A DNA stretch of 64,000 nucleotides from an uncultured Gammaproteobacteria bacterium (GCA_964648865.1 CAZYLV010000003.1:33731-97730), one strand, 5' to 3'; shown: positions 40,221 through 49,449, numbered from the stretch's first letter. The notes: generated by a model from the sequence alone, not told the origin. Translations and numbers: made by a program.

Positions 40221-40580
40221 TCAGGCGCTGATCTTCAACCGCTTCATGCGGGGTGCGCGCAGCTTGTTGTGCGGCAGCATGTTGAGCACGGCCTTGCGCA
40301 CGACCTCGGTCGGCTTCTGGGCCATGAGGCGCGCGTAGGGCGTCTCTTTGAGCCCGCCCTGATAGCCGGTGTAGTGCTTGTAGACCTTCTGGTCGGCCTT
40401 CTTGCCGGTGACGCGGACCTTGGCGGCGTTGGTCACCTCGACGATGTCGCCGCCGTCGACGTGCGGGGCATAGCCCGGCTTGTGCTTGCCGATGAGCAGC
40501 GTGGCGATGCGGGTGGCCATGCGGCCGAGCGTCTGGCCGGAGGCGTCGATGGTGTGGGTGGCGCGGACGATCTTCTGCAT
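40221..40580 (-). CDS. rplM: 50S ribosomal protein L13 (short, 119 aa)
   Basis: Internal Met of track ORF 40221..40808. L13 motifs (..GRMATRIA..GKHKP.YAPH.D.GD..). Confidence 0.9.
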   Translation of the reverse strand: MQKIVRATHTIDASGQTLGRMATRIATLLIGKHKPGYAPHVDGGDIVEVTNAAKVRVTGKKADQKVYKHYTGYQGGLKETPYARLMAQKPTEVVRKAVLNMLPHNKLRAPRMKRLKISA

Positions 40581-40581
40581 A

Positions 40582-40932
40582 TCAGACCAATTCGAGCATG
40601 ACCATCTCCGCGGCATCGCCCTGGCGGCGGCCGATCTTGGTGATGCGGGTGTAGCCTCCGGCGCGCGCCTGGTAGCGCGGACCGAGCACCTCGAGCACCT
40701 TCTTGACGGCGCCCTCGGTGTAGAGCTGCTCGGCCAGGCGGCGGCGCGTGGCCACCGAGCTCTCCTTTCCGGTGGTGATGAGGCGCTCCACCAGCGGCTG
40801 CACGGCATGCGCCTTGGCCTTGGTGGTACGGACCCGCTCGTAGAGCACGACGCTCGTGGCCAGCCCGCGGAGCAACGCCTCGCGGGGGCCTTTCACGCGT
40901 CCCAGGATTTTTCCGGTCTTCCGGTGCCGCAT
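40582..40932 (-). CDS. rplQ: 50S ribosomal protein L17
   Basis: 116 aa. Begins MRHRKTGKILGR as L17 does. The upstream R-rich part of the track ORF is excluded. Confidence 0.92.
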   Translation of the reverse strand: MRHRKTGKILGRVKGPREALLRGLATSVVLYERVRTTKAKAHAVQPLVERLITTGKESSVATRRRLAEQLYTEGAVKKVLEVLGPRYQARAGGYTRITKIGRRQGDAAEMVMLELV

Positions 40933-40933
40933 A

Positions 40934-41773
40934 TCAGGAGGACTTCTTCTTGGCCTTCTTCTTGGGCGCCTCCTCGCCCGCTTCCTCGACCTCGGCGGTC
41001 TCCTCGGCCGGCGCCTCCTCAAGCTCCGGCGCCTGGGCCATCATGGTGTCGTCGGCGACGATGTCCGTGGAGCCGTCGCCGGCGCCTTCCAGCCCGTTGA
41101 GCAGGCTGAAGTGGCGCAGCAGGATCTTGTTGGCCTCGAGCACGGCGTCCTTGGGCGTGATGGTGCCGTCGGTCTCGATGGTCATCATCAGCTTGTCGTA
41201 GTTGGTGATGTCGCCGACGCGGGTGTTCTCCACCTGGAAGCCGACGGTGCGGACCGGGGAGAACAGGGCGTCCACGGCGATCGTGCCGAGCTCCATCTTC
41301 TCCTTGTCGCGCTCCTCGGTGGGACGCCAACCGCGGCCGCGCTCGACGGTCACCTCCATCTCGAGCGAGCCCTTCTTGTCCGTGATGGTGCACAGGTGCA
41401 GGTCCGGATTGGCGATCTCGACCTGGGCATCCTTGGAGAAGTCTCCGGCCGTGACGTCGCGTTCGCCGTCCACGGAGAGGGTCAGCTTGACCGGCTCCTC
41501 GGAGAAGGACGAGATGCGCACCTGCTTGAGGTTGAGGATGAGCTCGAGCACGTCCTCCTTGACGTCGGGGATGGCCGAAAACTCGTGCTGCACGCCCTTG
41601 ATGCGCACCGCGGTGATGGCGGCACCGGGCAAGGAGGACAGCAGGGCACGGCGCAGGGCGTTGCCGATGGTCGTGCCGTAGCCCTGGGTGAACGGTTCCA
41701 CGACGAGCATGGCCTCGTTGGCGTGGCTCCCGGGGCGCAGCTCGATCTTGGACGGGTAGAGGATGTCCTCCAT
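40934..41773 (-). CDS. rpoA: DNA-directed RNA polymerase subunit alpha, N-terminal domain only (no alpha-CTD)
   Basis: 279 aa. Alpha-NTD motifs (..EPFTQGYGTTIGNALRR..). It ends in an acidic/Lys-rich tail (..EEAPAEETAEVEEAGEEAPKKKAKKKSS). No helix-hairpin-helix CTD is encoded. Confidence 0.9.
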   Translation of the reverse strand: MEDILYPSKIELRPGSHANEAMLVVEPFTQGYGTTIGNALRRALLSSLPGAAITAVRIKGVQHEFSAIPDVKEDVLELILNLKQVRISSFSEEPVKLTLSVDGERDVTAGDFSKDAQVEIANPDLHLCTITDKKGSLEMEVTVERGRGWRPTEERDKEKMELGTIAVDALFSPVRTVGFQVENTRVGDITNYDKLMMTIETDGTITPKDAVLEANKILLRHFSLLNGLEGAGDGSTDIVADDTMMAQAPELEEAPAEETAEVEEAGEEAPKKKAKKKSS

Positions 41774-41774
41774 A

Positions 41775-42386
41775 TTAGCGGCTATAGAATTCGACGATGA
41801 CCTTGGGGTCGAACGGCTGGCGGAGCTCCTCGCCTGCCGGTTCGGCGACGACCTTGCCGGAGAAGGCGGCGGCGTCCAGCGAGAGCCAGCTCGGGAGCTG
41901 GGCGTCCTTGATCCGCTCCGTGAGGTCGCCGAACAGCGGCGACTTCCGGATGCGCTCGCGCACCGAGACGACGTCGCCGACGCGCACCTGCGCGCTCGGG
42001 ACGTCCACGCGCGTGCCGTTCACCTCGAAGTGCCCGTGCGAGACCATCTGGCGGGCCTGGCGGCGGTTGGCGGCGAAGCCCAGGCGGAAGACCACGTTGT
42101 CCAGGCGCATCTCGAGCATCCGGACGATCATCTCGGCGGTGTTGCCACGGGTCTTGGAGGCCTTCTTGAAATAGTTGAAGAACTGGCGCTCGTTGACGCC
42201 GAAGATGTGCTTGGCCATCTGCTTCTCGCGCAGCTGGAGCGCGAAGGGGGTCAGACGCGGACGGCGGCTCGGCCCGTGGGCGCCCGGCGGGAAGCTGCGG
42301 CGCAGCGCGGCGCACTTCTTGCGTCCGCAGAGCGAGACGCCGGCGCGGCGGCAAGGTTTGCAGGTGTTGGCGAGGGTGCGCGGCAT
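41775..42386 (-). CDS. rpsD: 30S ribosomal protein S4
   Basis: 203 aa. An N-terminal Cys4 zinc finger (CKPCRR...CGRKKC) and an S4 domain. Confidence 0.95.
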   Translation of the reverse strand: MPRTLANTCKPCRRAGVSLCGRKKCAALRRSFPPGAHGPSRRPRLTPFALQLREKQMAKHIFGVNERQFFNYFKKASKTRGNTAEMIVRMLEMRLDNVVFRLGFAANRRQARQMVSHGHFEVNGTRVDVPSAQVRVGDVVSVRERIRKSPLFGDLTERIKDAQLPSWLSLDAAAFSGKVVAEPAGEELRQPFDPKVIVEFYSR

Positions 42387-42390
42387 AGGA

Positions 42391-42861
42391 TCAGATGCGG
42401 CGGGCGCCCGGCGCGCGGCAGCCGTTATGCGGGATCGGCGTGACGTCCTTGATGGAGGTCACGGTCAGCCCGTTGGCGTTGAGGGCGCGCACCGCGCCTT
42501 CGCGGCCGGCGCCGATGCCCTTGACGAAGACCGAGACCTCGCGCAGCCCGACGTCCTTGAGGCGGTCGCAGACGTCCTTGACCGTGACGGAGGCGGCGTA
42601 CGGCGTGGCCTTCTTGGGGCCGGTGAAGCCCATCTTCCCGGAGGACGACCAGCCCAGCACGTTGCCGTTGGCGTCGGCCAGGGTGACGATGGTGTTGTTG
42701 TAGGTGGCCTGGATGTAGGCGCGGCCGATCGGGACCGTGCGCACGGCCTTCTTGCGCCGCGCGCGCGGCGCGGCCTTCTCCTTCTTGGCGCCCGTGCCCT
42801 CCGTGGCGGGGGTCTCGGCGGCGGGCGCGGCGGTGGTCGTCTCGAGTTCGTCCATAGTCAT
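42391..42861 (-). CDS. rpsK: 30S ribosomal protein S11
   Basis: 156 aa. Conserved S11 core (..GIAHIQATYNNTIVT-like, ..TPIPHNGCR.. C-terminus). Confidence 0.95.
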   Translation of the reverse strand: MTMDELETTTAAPAAETPATEGTGAKKEKAAPRARRKKAVRTVPIGRAYIQATYNNTIVTLADANGNVLGWSSSGKMGFTGPKKATPYAASVTVKDVCDRLKDVGLREVSVFVKGIGAGREGAVRALNANGLTVTSIKDVTPIPHNGCRAPGARRI

Positions 42862-43256
42862 CAGGTCTTGAGGCCGGCCTTGACGCGACCGCTGCCCATC
42901 GTCTTGCGGACGTTGCCGCGCACGGTGCGGGAGTTGGTCTTGGTGCGCTGGCCACGGACCGGCAGGCGCTTGATGTGGCGCGTGCCGCGCCAGCTGCCGA
43001 TCTCCTTGAGCCGCTTGATGTTGCTGAGCGTCTCACGGCGCAGCTCGCCCTCCACACGGAAGGTCTTCTCGATGAACTCACGCAGACGGTTGACCTCGTC
43101 CTCGGTCAGCGTCTGGACGCGCTTGGTGCCGTCGATCTTGGTCTTGTCCAAGGCTTCGGCGGCTCGATGCGCCCCGACGCCGTGGATGTACTGCAAGGCG
43201 ACCAAGGTGCGCTTGTTCTGCGGGAGCGTGATACCGGCGATGCGTGCGACAGCCAT
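42861..43256 (-). CDS. rpsM: 30S ribosomal protein S13
   Basis: 131 aa. Begins MAVARIAGI (third Met of the track ORF), as S13 does. Confidence 0.93.
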   Translation of the reverse strand: MAVARIAGITLPQNKRTLVALQYIHGVGAHRAAEALDKTKIDGTKRVQTLTEDEVNRLREFIEKTFRVEGELRRETLSNIKRLKEIGSWRGTRHIKRLPVRGQRTKTNSRTVRGNVRKTMGSGRVKAGLKT

Positions 43257-43272
43257 AATCAAGAGATGCGGC

Positions 43273-43386
43273 TCAACCCTGCCGCTGCTTGTGCTTCGGG
43301 GTCTTGCAGACGACCATCAGCCGACGGTTGCGGCGGATGACCTTGCAGTCCCGGCAGATCTTTTTCACCGACGAGCGGACTTTCAT
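43273..43386 (-). CDS. rpmJ: 50S ribosomal protein L36
   Basis: Not in the ORF track. Reverse-complement translation gives [37 protein letters not shown], 37 aa with a Cys3His Zn ribbon, between infA and rpsM. Coordinates +/-2 nt. Confidence 0.85.
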   Translation of the reverse strand: MKVRSSVKKICRDCKVIRRNRRLMVVCKTPKHKQRQG

Positions 43387-43388
43387 GC

Positions 43389-43619
43389 TCAGTACCGATA
43401 GATGATGCGGCCTTTGGTGAGGTCGTACGGCGTGAGTTCGACTTTCACCTCATCGCCCGGAAGGATGCGGATGCGATGCATGCGCATGCGACCCGAGAGG
43501 TGGCCGATGATGGTGTGTCCGTTCTCCAACGTGATCTTGAACGCCGCCGCGGGCAGCATCTCGATCACTTTGCCGCGGACCTCGATGAAGTCCTTGGACG
43601 GACTCTGCTGTTCACCCAT
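43389..43619 (-). CDS. infA: translation initiation factor IF-1
   Basis: 76 aa. An S1-like OB fold (..[26 protein letters not shown]..). Confidence 0.95.
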   Translation of the reverse strand: MGEQQSPSKDFIEVRGKVIEMLPAAAFKITLENGHTIIGHLSGRMRMHRIRILPGDEVKVELTPYDLTKGRIIYRY

Positions 43620-43708
43620 GTGCGGGAGAATCTAACACAACAGAAAAGCTCGGGCAACCCCCCTGGACACGGGGGCAGGGACGCCCAGACGACGTCGAAA
43701 CTGGCGAA

Positions 43709-43737
43709 ACTATACCGGTTGCCGGAAATCCCGTCAA
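43709..43737 (-). promoter_or_regulatory. sigma70-like promoter for the infA-rpmJ-rpsMKD-rpoA-rplQ operon (TTGACG-N17-TATAGT on the minus strand)
   Basis: Near-consensus hexamers about 90 nt upstream of infA. The 5' leader contains a G/C-rich stem (CCCCC..GGGGGG). Coordinates approximate. Confidence 0.5.
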
Positions 43738-43781
43738 TAGAGCCAGTGTGGACGGAATCGCCCGCGCAACAGAGCGCAAAA

Positions 43782-45635
43782 TCATGCTCCGGAGGGACCC
43801 GCCACGGTGGCCTTGATGCGTCGGATTCCGGCGGCCACGGCTTCTTCCTTCTGGATCCTGAAGCTCCCCAGCTCCCCGGTGTGGGTGACGTGCGGTCCGC
43901 CGCAGATCTCCACGGAGTAGTAACCCTTCTCCGGGCTGCCGGCGCGGTAGACCTTCACCTTGCCGCCGATTTGGGCGTACTTGTCGTCGAAGTAACCGAT
44001 GGCTCCGGCGGCCTTGGCCTCCTCCGTGGTCATCTCCACGTATCCCATCGGCAGGTCGTCGGCGATGGCTTTGTTGACCATGTCCTCGACGGCCTTGATC
44101 TCCTCAGGCGTCATCTTCTGCGGGTGCGTGAAGTCGAACCGCAGCCGCTCGGCGGTGATGTTGCTCCCCTTCTGCTGCACGTGCTCGCCGAGCACGTTCT
44201 TGAGCGCGCGGTGCAGGAGGTGGGTCGCGGTGTGCAGGCGCGTCGTCTCCGCGGAGCTGTCGGCCAGCCCGCCCTTGAAGACGCCGGCCGCCGCACGCGA
44301 CTTCTCCTGGTGCGCACGGAACTCGTCCCAAAAACCAGGCTCGTCCACGCCGCGCCCGCGCTCCTTGGCCAGCTCGACGGTCATCTCGAGCGGGAATCCG
44401 TAGCTCTGGAAGAGGTCGAAGGCGTCCTTGCCGGCGATCGTCTCGGTCGCGCTGGACTCCTCGGCGAGCCGCTCGAACGCCGCGAGCCCGCGCTCGATGG
44501 TCCGTTCGAACTTCTCCTCCTCCTTGCTGAATTCGGCCAGGATGGCGTCCCGCTTCTCCCGCAAGTTGGGATACGCGTCGCCGTAGAGGTCGATGACCAC
44601 GTCGAGCAGTCCCGCCAGACGGTTCTGCCCGAAGCCGAGCGTGCGGCCGTACCGGATGGCGCGGCGGATGAGCCGGCGCAGGATGTAACCGCGGTCGACG
44701 TTGGTCGGCACGACGCCATCGGAGAGCATGAAGCAGGCCGTGCGCACGTGGTCGGCCACGATGCGCTCGGCGCGGTCGTCGCGGCTCCCCGCCTCCCGGG
44801 CGATCCAGTCCATGAGCGGCGAAAAGAGATCCGTCCCGAAGACCGTGCGCTTGCCCTGCATGACCATGGCGATGCGCTCCAGCCCCATGCCGGTGTCGAC
44901 GTTCTTCTGGGTCAGCGGCTCGAAGCGCCCGTCCTCCGTCTTGCGGTACTCCATGAAGACGTCGTTCCAGACCTCAATGAAGCGTCCGCAGTCGCAGTTG
45001 GGATGGCAGCGCTCGCCGAAGGCCGCGTCGTGCGGCGTCCCCAAATCGATGAACATCTCGGTGTCCGGACCGCACGGGCCGGTCTGCCCGGCCGGACCCC
45101 ACCAGTTCTTGCTCTTGCCGTAGGGATAGATGCGCGCACCGCTGCCGATATCCGGTGCGGCGGCGTCCCCTACCGTGGCGTCGATGCCGACGGAGCGGAA
45201 GCGCTCCTGCCAGACGCGGATGGACTCCTCGTCCTTGGGCGCGTCCTCGTCGCCCGAAAAGACGGAGACATACAGACGCTGCGGGTCGATGCCGAGCCAC
45301 TCCGTGCCGGTGAGGAAGGTGAAGCTCCACTCGATGGCTTCCTTCTTGAAGTAATCGCCCAATGACCAGTTGCCGAGCATCTCGAAGAACGTGTCGTGGC
45401 GGTTGTCACCGACCTCGTCGATGTCCTGCGTGCGGACGCACTTCTGGACGTTGGCAAGCCGCTTGCCGCCCGGGTGCGGCTCGCCGAGCAGGTACGGGAC
45501 AAGCGGATGCATCCCGGCCGTGGTGAACAGCACGGTCGGGTCGTTCTCGGGCACCAGCGAGGCGCTCGGGATGATGGTATGGCCGCGCTCCTCGAAGAAG
45601 CGCAGGAACAGCTGGCGAAGTTCGGCACCGGTCAT
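43782..45635 (-). CDS. alaS: alanine--tRNA ligase, short form (catalytic, tRNA-recognition and editing domains; no C-Ala domain)
   Basis: 617 aa. N-terminal class II AlaRS motifs. Editing-site motifs HTATHLLH and CGGPH. Confidence 0.92.
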   Translation of the reverse strand: MTGAELRQLFLRFFEERGHTIIPSASLVPENDPTVLFTTAGMHPLVPYLLGEPHPGGKRLANVQKCVRTQDIDEVGDNRHDTFFEMLGNWSLGDYFKKEAIEWSFTFLTGTEWLGIDPQRLYVSVFSGDEDAPKDEESIRVWQERFRSVGIDATVGDAAAPDIGSGARIYPYGKSKNWWGPAGQTGPCGPDTEMFIDLGTPHDAAFGERCHPNCDCGRFIEVWNDVFMEYRKTEDGRFEPLTQKNVDTGMGLERIAMVMQGKRTVFGTDLFSPLMDWIAREAGSRDDRAERIVADHVRTACFMLSDGVVPTNVDRGYILRRLIRRAIRYGRTLGFGQNRLAGLLDVVIDLYGDAYPNLREKRDAILAEFSKEEEKFERTIERGLAAFERLAEESSATETIAGKDAFDLFQSYGFPLEMTVELAKERGRGVDEPGFWDEFRAHQEKSRAAAGVFKGGLADSSAETTRLHTATHLLHRALKNVLGEHVQQKGSNITAERLRFDFTHPQKMTPEEIKAVEDMVNKAIADDLPMGYVEMTTEEAKAAGAIGYFDDKYAQIGGKVKVYRAGSPEKGYYSVEICGGPHVTHTGELGSFRIQKEEAVAAGIRRIKATVAGPSGA

Positions 45636-45669
45636 AAGAGGAGGACTCTACCGGAAACGACCGGACCTG

Positions 45670-46209
45670 TCACCGGCACTCCCCGCTCTGATCCTGGTAA
45701 CACCGCCATTTCTGCGTGGAACCCTCGATCCGGATCTCCGGCACGGAACCCAGCGTCATCTCCGCGGTCTTCTCGACCATCTCCTTGATCCGCGGATCGT
45801 CGCAGGTGCCGGCGGAGATGGGATACGGCGCGATGTCGACGACGGTCTTACCGTCCTCCTCGGTGACCGTCGCCCGGACGTCCTGGGCGCCGAGCGGGTT
45901 GTACAGCCCGAGCAGCTCGGCCTCGGCGTGCCGCACGGCGAACATGGTGTTGAGGTTGGTCTCGAGCGCCGGACGGTCGCTGCGCGGCACGGCCGTGCGC
46001 TGCAGGGTCAAGCGGTCGCCGCAGCCGAAGGTCGTCGGGACCGGCGCACGGTCGTAGGCGGTGGTGTCGTTGACGGCCACCAGGAAGTAGACGGCCTCGA
46101 CGGTCGTGGACGGCGCGGGAGCGGGACCGGGCGCGATCCCCTCCCGGGCGCAGCCGGCACCGATGAGGACGATGGCGGCGGCGATGATGGACAGGTTCTT
46201 ACCAGACAT
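45670..46209 (-). CDS. putative lipoprotein (179 aa), possibly GerMN-like
   Basis: Internal Met (MSGKNLSIIAAAIVLIGAGCA) gives a lipobox LIGAGC. Resemblance to the GerM domain is weak. Confidence 0.45.
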   Translation of the reverse strand: MSGKNLSIIAAAIVLIGAGCAREGIAPGPAPAPSTTVEAVYFLVAVNDTTAYDRAPVPTTFGCGDRLTLQRTAVPRSDRPALETNLNTMFAVRHAEAELLGLYNPLGAQDVRATVTEEDGKTVVDIAPYPISAGTCDDPRIKEMVEKTAEMTLGSVPEIRIEGSTQKWRCYQDQSGECR

Positions 46210-47071
46210 AGTTCTTGAAGGCCCAGTGCGCGAGCGCCTTGGTTTCATCAAAGGATCCCTCCCGCGTCTCCGCACCCAACGTGACGACGATGACCTCACG
46301 GCCGTTCTGCCGGGCACGGATGGCGAGGTTATAGCGGGATTCGTCCAGGTAGCCGGTCTTGCCGCCGGTGATGTAGATGTCAGGATCGACGACCAGGAGC
46401 CGGTTGGTGTTCTTGACGTCCTTCCGCTCGGCGCCCGGCGCGTAGGCCGTGAAGCGGTACGTGAAGGTCGTGGTGTAGCGGCGGATGTTGTCGTTGGCGA
46501 AGGCGTAGCGCGCAAGCGCCGCGACGTCGCGGGCGGAGGTCATGTTGCGCACGTCCATGCCCGAGGGGTCGACGTACCGGGTCTGCGTCATCCCGAGCGT
46601 CGCCGCGCGGATGTTCATCTCGCGCAGGAACGCCGCCTCGGACAGCCCGGAGACGCGCATCAGGAGCATCGCGGCGTTGTTGGCGGAGCCCACCAGCGTG
46701 CTGGCGAAGGCGTCGCGCCAGGTGAAGCGCGCGCCCTCCGGCAGGCGCAAGCGCCCGCCGCCGACTTCGTCCGCGGCAGCGAGCGTCACCGTGCGGTTCC
46801 AGGAGGGCTTCTGCTCCAGGGCGATGACCGCGGTCATCAGCTTGGTGAGCGAGGCGGCCACGTGCGGATCGTCCGCCCGCTGGCTGAAGAGTTCCTCACC
46901 GGTCGCGGCGTCGATGACGATGGCGGACCGGGTGGTCAGCGTCTCGCGCGGGAACTTGGCATAGTCCGCCTTGAGCGTCGGCGGCCTTGGCGGCACATGC
47001 GCGGCCAGTGCGGCCTGCGGCAGCACAAGCGCGGCGAGAGCCGTCAAGACAATGGCGTATCGGGACGTCAT
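46199..47071 (-). CDS. D-alanyl-D-alanine carboxypeptidase (S11 family, PBP5/6-like)
   Basis: 290 aa from the internal Met with a signal peptide (MTSRYAIVLTALAALVLPQAALA). Motifs SxxK (ASLTKLM), SGN-like and KTG (GGKTGY). Confidence 0.8.
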   Translation of the reverse strand: MTSRYAIVLTALAALVLPQAALAAHVPPRPPTLKADYAKFPRETLTTRSAIVIDAATGEELFSQRADDPHVAASLTKLMTAVIALEQKPSWNRTVTLAAADEVGGGRLRLPEGARFTWRDAFASTLVGSANNAAMLLMRVSGLSEAAFLREMNIRAATLGMTQTRYVDPSGMDVRNMTSARDVAALARYAFANDNIRRYTTTFTYRFTAYAPGAERKDVKNTNRLLVVDPDIYITGGKTGYLDESRYNLAIRARQNGREVIVVTLGAETREGSFDETKALAHWAFKNYVW

Positions 47072-47174
47072 GTCCCTACCGTACCAGATTCCCGCGCCTG
47101 TGGAAAGATGCGTTTGACCGCGGACGAGAGGCTGTGGTACGCCGGAAACAGAACCCTTCACCGCAGGAGACCTA

Positions 47175-47527
47175 TGTCCGGCATCGCCGACATCATCTCT
47201 GCCTGCGGCTACGCGCTCGCCGACAAGCACGGCGCAGCGCTCGGGCAGATCTGGCGCGAGATGCGCCACTACGCGATCCTCAAGGAGGAACGCCGCGCGC
47301 ACGGGCGGCTCCTCCGGCTGTTGCGGCACCGGCGCCGACGCCGGCTGCTCATCGCCCGGCTCAGCGAACAGGGCGGTTTCTGGCTGCTCGGCGTCTACGG
47401 ACGCCGCTTCGTGCCGGAGATGGAGGAACTGGCGGCGCGGCTCGCCGCCGAGGCCCGGGTGCGCTGCGAGGTCCGGCTCTCCAACGAGGGCCCGCACTTC
47501 GAGTCGCTCCCGGATTTCACGTGCTGA
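47175..47527 (+). CDS. hypothetical protein (117 aa)
   Basis: ATG with AGGAGA 5 nt upstream, inside the antisense track ORF 46106..47527. An R-rich middle and a ..GGFWLLGVYGRRFVPEME.. segment. No family recognised. Confidence 0.4.
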
Positions 47528-47528
47528 A

Positions 47529-47553
47529 CAAAAAGACCGTCACGGGGTGACGG
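47529..47553 (-). terminator. Terminator hairpin (CCGTCAC-ggg-GTGACGG) between the convergent genes 47175..47527 (+) and 47554..47994 (-), with a U-tract on the minus-strand side
   Basis: Perfect 7-bp inverted repeat. The A-run on the plus side gives a U-tract for the minus transcript. Confidence 0.45.
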
Positions 47554-47994
47554 CTAGGCCTGGAAGTCAGCGAGCGTCAGCTCGCCAGACCCGATACGTC
47601 GGAGGAGATGGCGCACCGGTTGCACGTCCTCCTCGAAGGACAGCAGGCCTTTCATCCTCCCATGGCGATGCTGCGCCACCACCGACTCGATCGTGAACAC
47701 CGCATCCCGGATCCCCTCTGCGTTGGCGCGCAGGAACGGATACAGGAGCTTGGCGTAGACGTCGAGATGCGGGATCCGCCTGGGAATCCGCGTGGCGAGC
47801 CGCGAGCATGAGATCCACCCGACGACGTCGCAGAGCACCTGGTGCGTCTTCTCGACGTCGAGGCCGAGGGGGTTGTCCTCCGCGAACCACTCGGGGTGCG
47901 CCCGCCAGTTCTCGATGGGCCAGGTGCCGATATCGATCACGTTGAGCGCAAGGAGCAGCTGATCGCCACGGATGGTGGCTTCGGTCTTTGGCAT
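47554..47994 (-). CDS. hypothetical protein (146 aa)
   Basis: Internal Met of track ORF 47554..48342 with a strong SD (GCAGGAGGT) 6 nt upstream. No family recognised. Confidence 0.55.
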   Translation of the reverse strand: MPKTEATIRGDQLLLALNVIDIGTWPIENWRAHPEWFAEDNPLGLDVEKTHQVLCDVVGWISCSRLATRIPRRIPHLDVYAKLLYPFLRANAEGIRDAVFTIESVVAQHRHGRMKGLLSFEEDVQPVRHLLRRIGSGELTLADFQA

Positions 47995-48035
47995 GGTACC
48001 TCCTGCGTGCATTGAAGATCCGCCGGCGCGCGCCA

Positions 48036-48332
48036 TCAACCCCCGGCGATGTCCGAGAAGAAAGCCTCGACCGATGCGCGGTCGGCCTTCCGGGCCAGGA
48101 GCCGAGCGACCGTGTCGACCTCGAAGACGGCAGAGACGATGCCCTCCCTGGCAGGCCCCAAGGTCAGGCGCATCCTCTCGAGCTCGGCGCGCTCGAAGTA
48201 GACCAGGCGTGTCGGACGATACAGGTGCCGGATCCGCGCGAGCACCCTCGGCTCGATGGGCTCCATGCATGCCTGGAGCATGTCGAGGGCGAACACGAGA
48301 CGCGCACCGGTGATGATCCTTGTCTCCATCAT
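48036..48332 (-). CDS. hypothetical protein (98 aa)
   Basis: Track ORF with GAGGAGG upstream of the ATG. It sits directly upstream of the 146-aa gene as a probable two-gene unit. Confidence 0.5.
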   Translation of the reverse strand: MMETRIITGARLVFALDMLQACMEPIEPRVLARIRHLYRPTRLVYFERAELERMRLTLGPAREGIVSAVFEVDTVARLLARKADRASVEAFFSDIAGG

Positions 48333-48372
48333 TCCTCCTCACGGAGGAGCTAACCCGATGCGGAGAGGGCCG

Positions 48373-49449
48373 TCAAGCGCCGGCGATCGTCCCGCCGCCG
48401 AGGCAGACCTCGCCGTCGTAGAAGACCGCGGCCTGACCGGGGGTCACGGCGCGCACCGGCTGGGCGAAACGCACCGCAAGCCCATGCTCGCCTGCGGCGA
48501 CCTGTGCGGGGACGATCTCTTGCCGATGCCTGATGCGGACCCCGAGCGTCGCCGGCAGCGGGGGGGCGGCGCCGATCCAATGCGCGTCGACGACCGTGGC
48601 GCGCCCGCTCTCGAGAAGCCCCTCGTCCTGCGCCACGACCACGTGCCGCGTCGCGGGCTGCGTGGCCACGACGTACCACGGCTCCCCGCCGCCGACGCCA
48701 AGCCCGTGCCGCTGGCCGACGGTGAAACGGTGCACGCCCTGATGCCTTCCCACGACCTCCCCGGACACGGTGACGATGTCGCCCGGCGCGTCCGGGATGC
48801 GCTGCCGCAGGAACTCGGGCAGGGAGATCTTGCCGACGAAGCAGATGCCCATGCTCTCCGCCTTGTCCGCCGTCGGCAGGCCGCGGCCGCGCGCCGCCGC
48901 GCGCACCTGCGCCTTGGTGAGATGGCCGATCGGAAAGAGCGTGCGACGCAAGAGCCGCTGCGGCAACCGGTTGAGGAAGTACGTCTGGTCCTTGTCGACG
49001 TCGACCGCCTGCAGCAACGCGCTCCCGTCCGCGCCGTGGCGGACCTGGGCGTAGTGGCCGGTGGCGATCCAGCGGCAGCCAAGCCGGTCGGCCGCGGCGG
49101 CCAACGCCGGGAACTTGACGTGTTCGTTGCAGCGCACGTCCGGATTGGGCGTGCGACCGGCGGCGTACTCGGCATAGAGCGGATCGACGACCGCGGCGCG
49201 GAAGGCCGCCTCGGCGTCCACCGTGACCAGGGGGACCCCCAAACGCGCGGCCACGGCCAGGGCATCGCGCCGTTCGCTCTTCCAGGCGCACTCCCCCTTC
49301 TCATCCTTGGTGTCCGACCAGTTCTTGAGGAAGCAGCCGACCACGTCGAAACCCGCGGCGACGAGCAGCGCCGCGGCGGACGAGGAATCCACCCCGCCGG
49401 ACATGCCGACGAGGACGCGCCCCTCCTGCTGGGTGTGGGATGTCGTCAT
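48373..49449 (-). CDS. mnmA: tRNA-specific 2-thiouridylase MnmA
   Basis: 358 aa. PP-loop SGGVDSS and the catalytic Cys context (..ATGHYA.. ..MGICFVG..). Confidence 0.93.
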   Translation of the reverse strand: MTTSHTQQEGRVLVGMSGGVDSSSAAALLVAAGFDVVGCFLKNWSDTKDEKGECAWKSERRDALAVAARLGVPLVTVDAEAAFRAAVVDPLYAEYAAGRTPNPDVRCNEHVKFPALAAAADRLGCRWIATGHYAQVRHGADGSALLQAVDVDKDQTYFLNRLPQRLLRRTLFPIGHLTKAQVRAAARGRGLPTADKAESMGICFVGKISLPEFLRQRIPDAPGDIVTVSGEVVGRHQGVHRFTVGQRHGLGVGGGEPWYVVATQPATRHVVVAQDEGLLESGRATVVDAHWIGAAPPLPATLGVRIRHRQEIVPAQVAAGEHGLAVRFAQPVRAVTPGQAAVFYDGEVCLGGGTIAGA

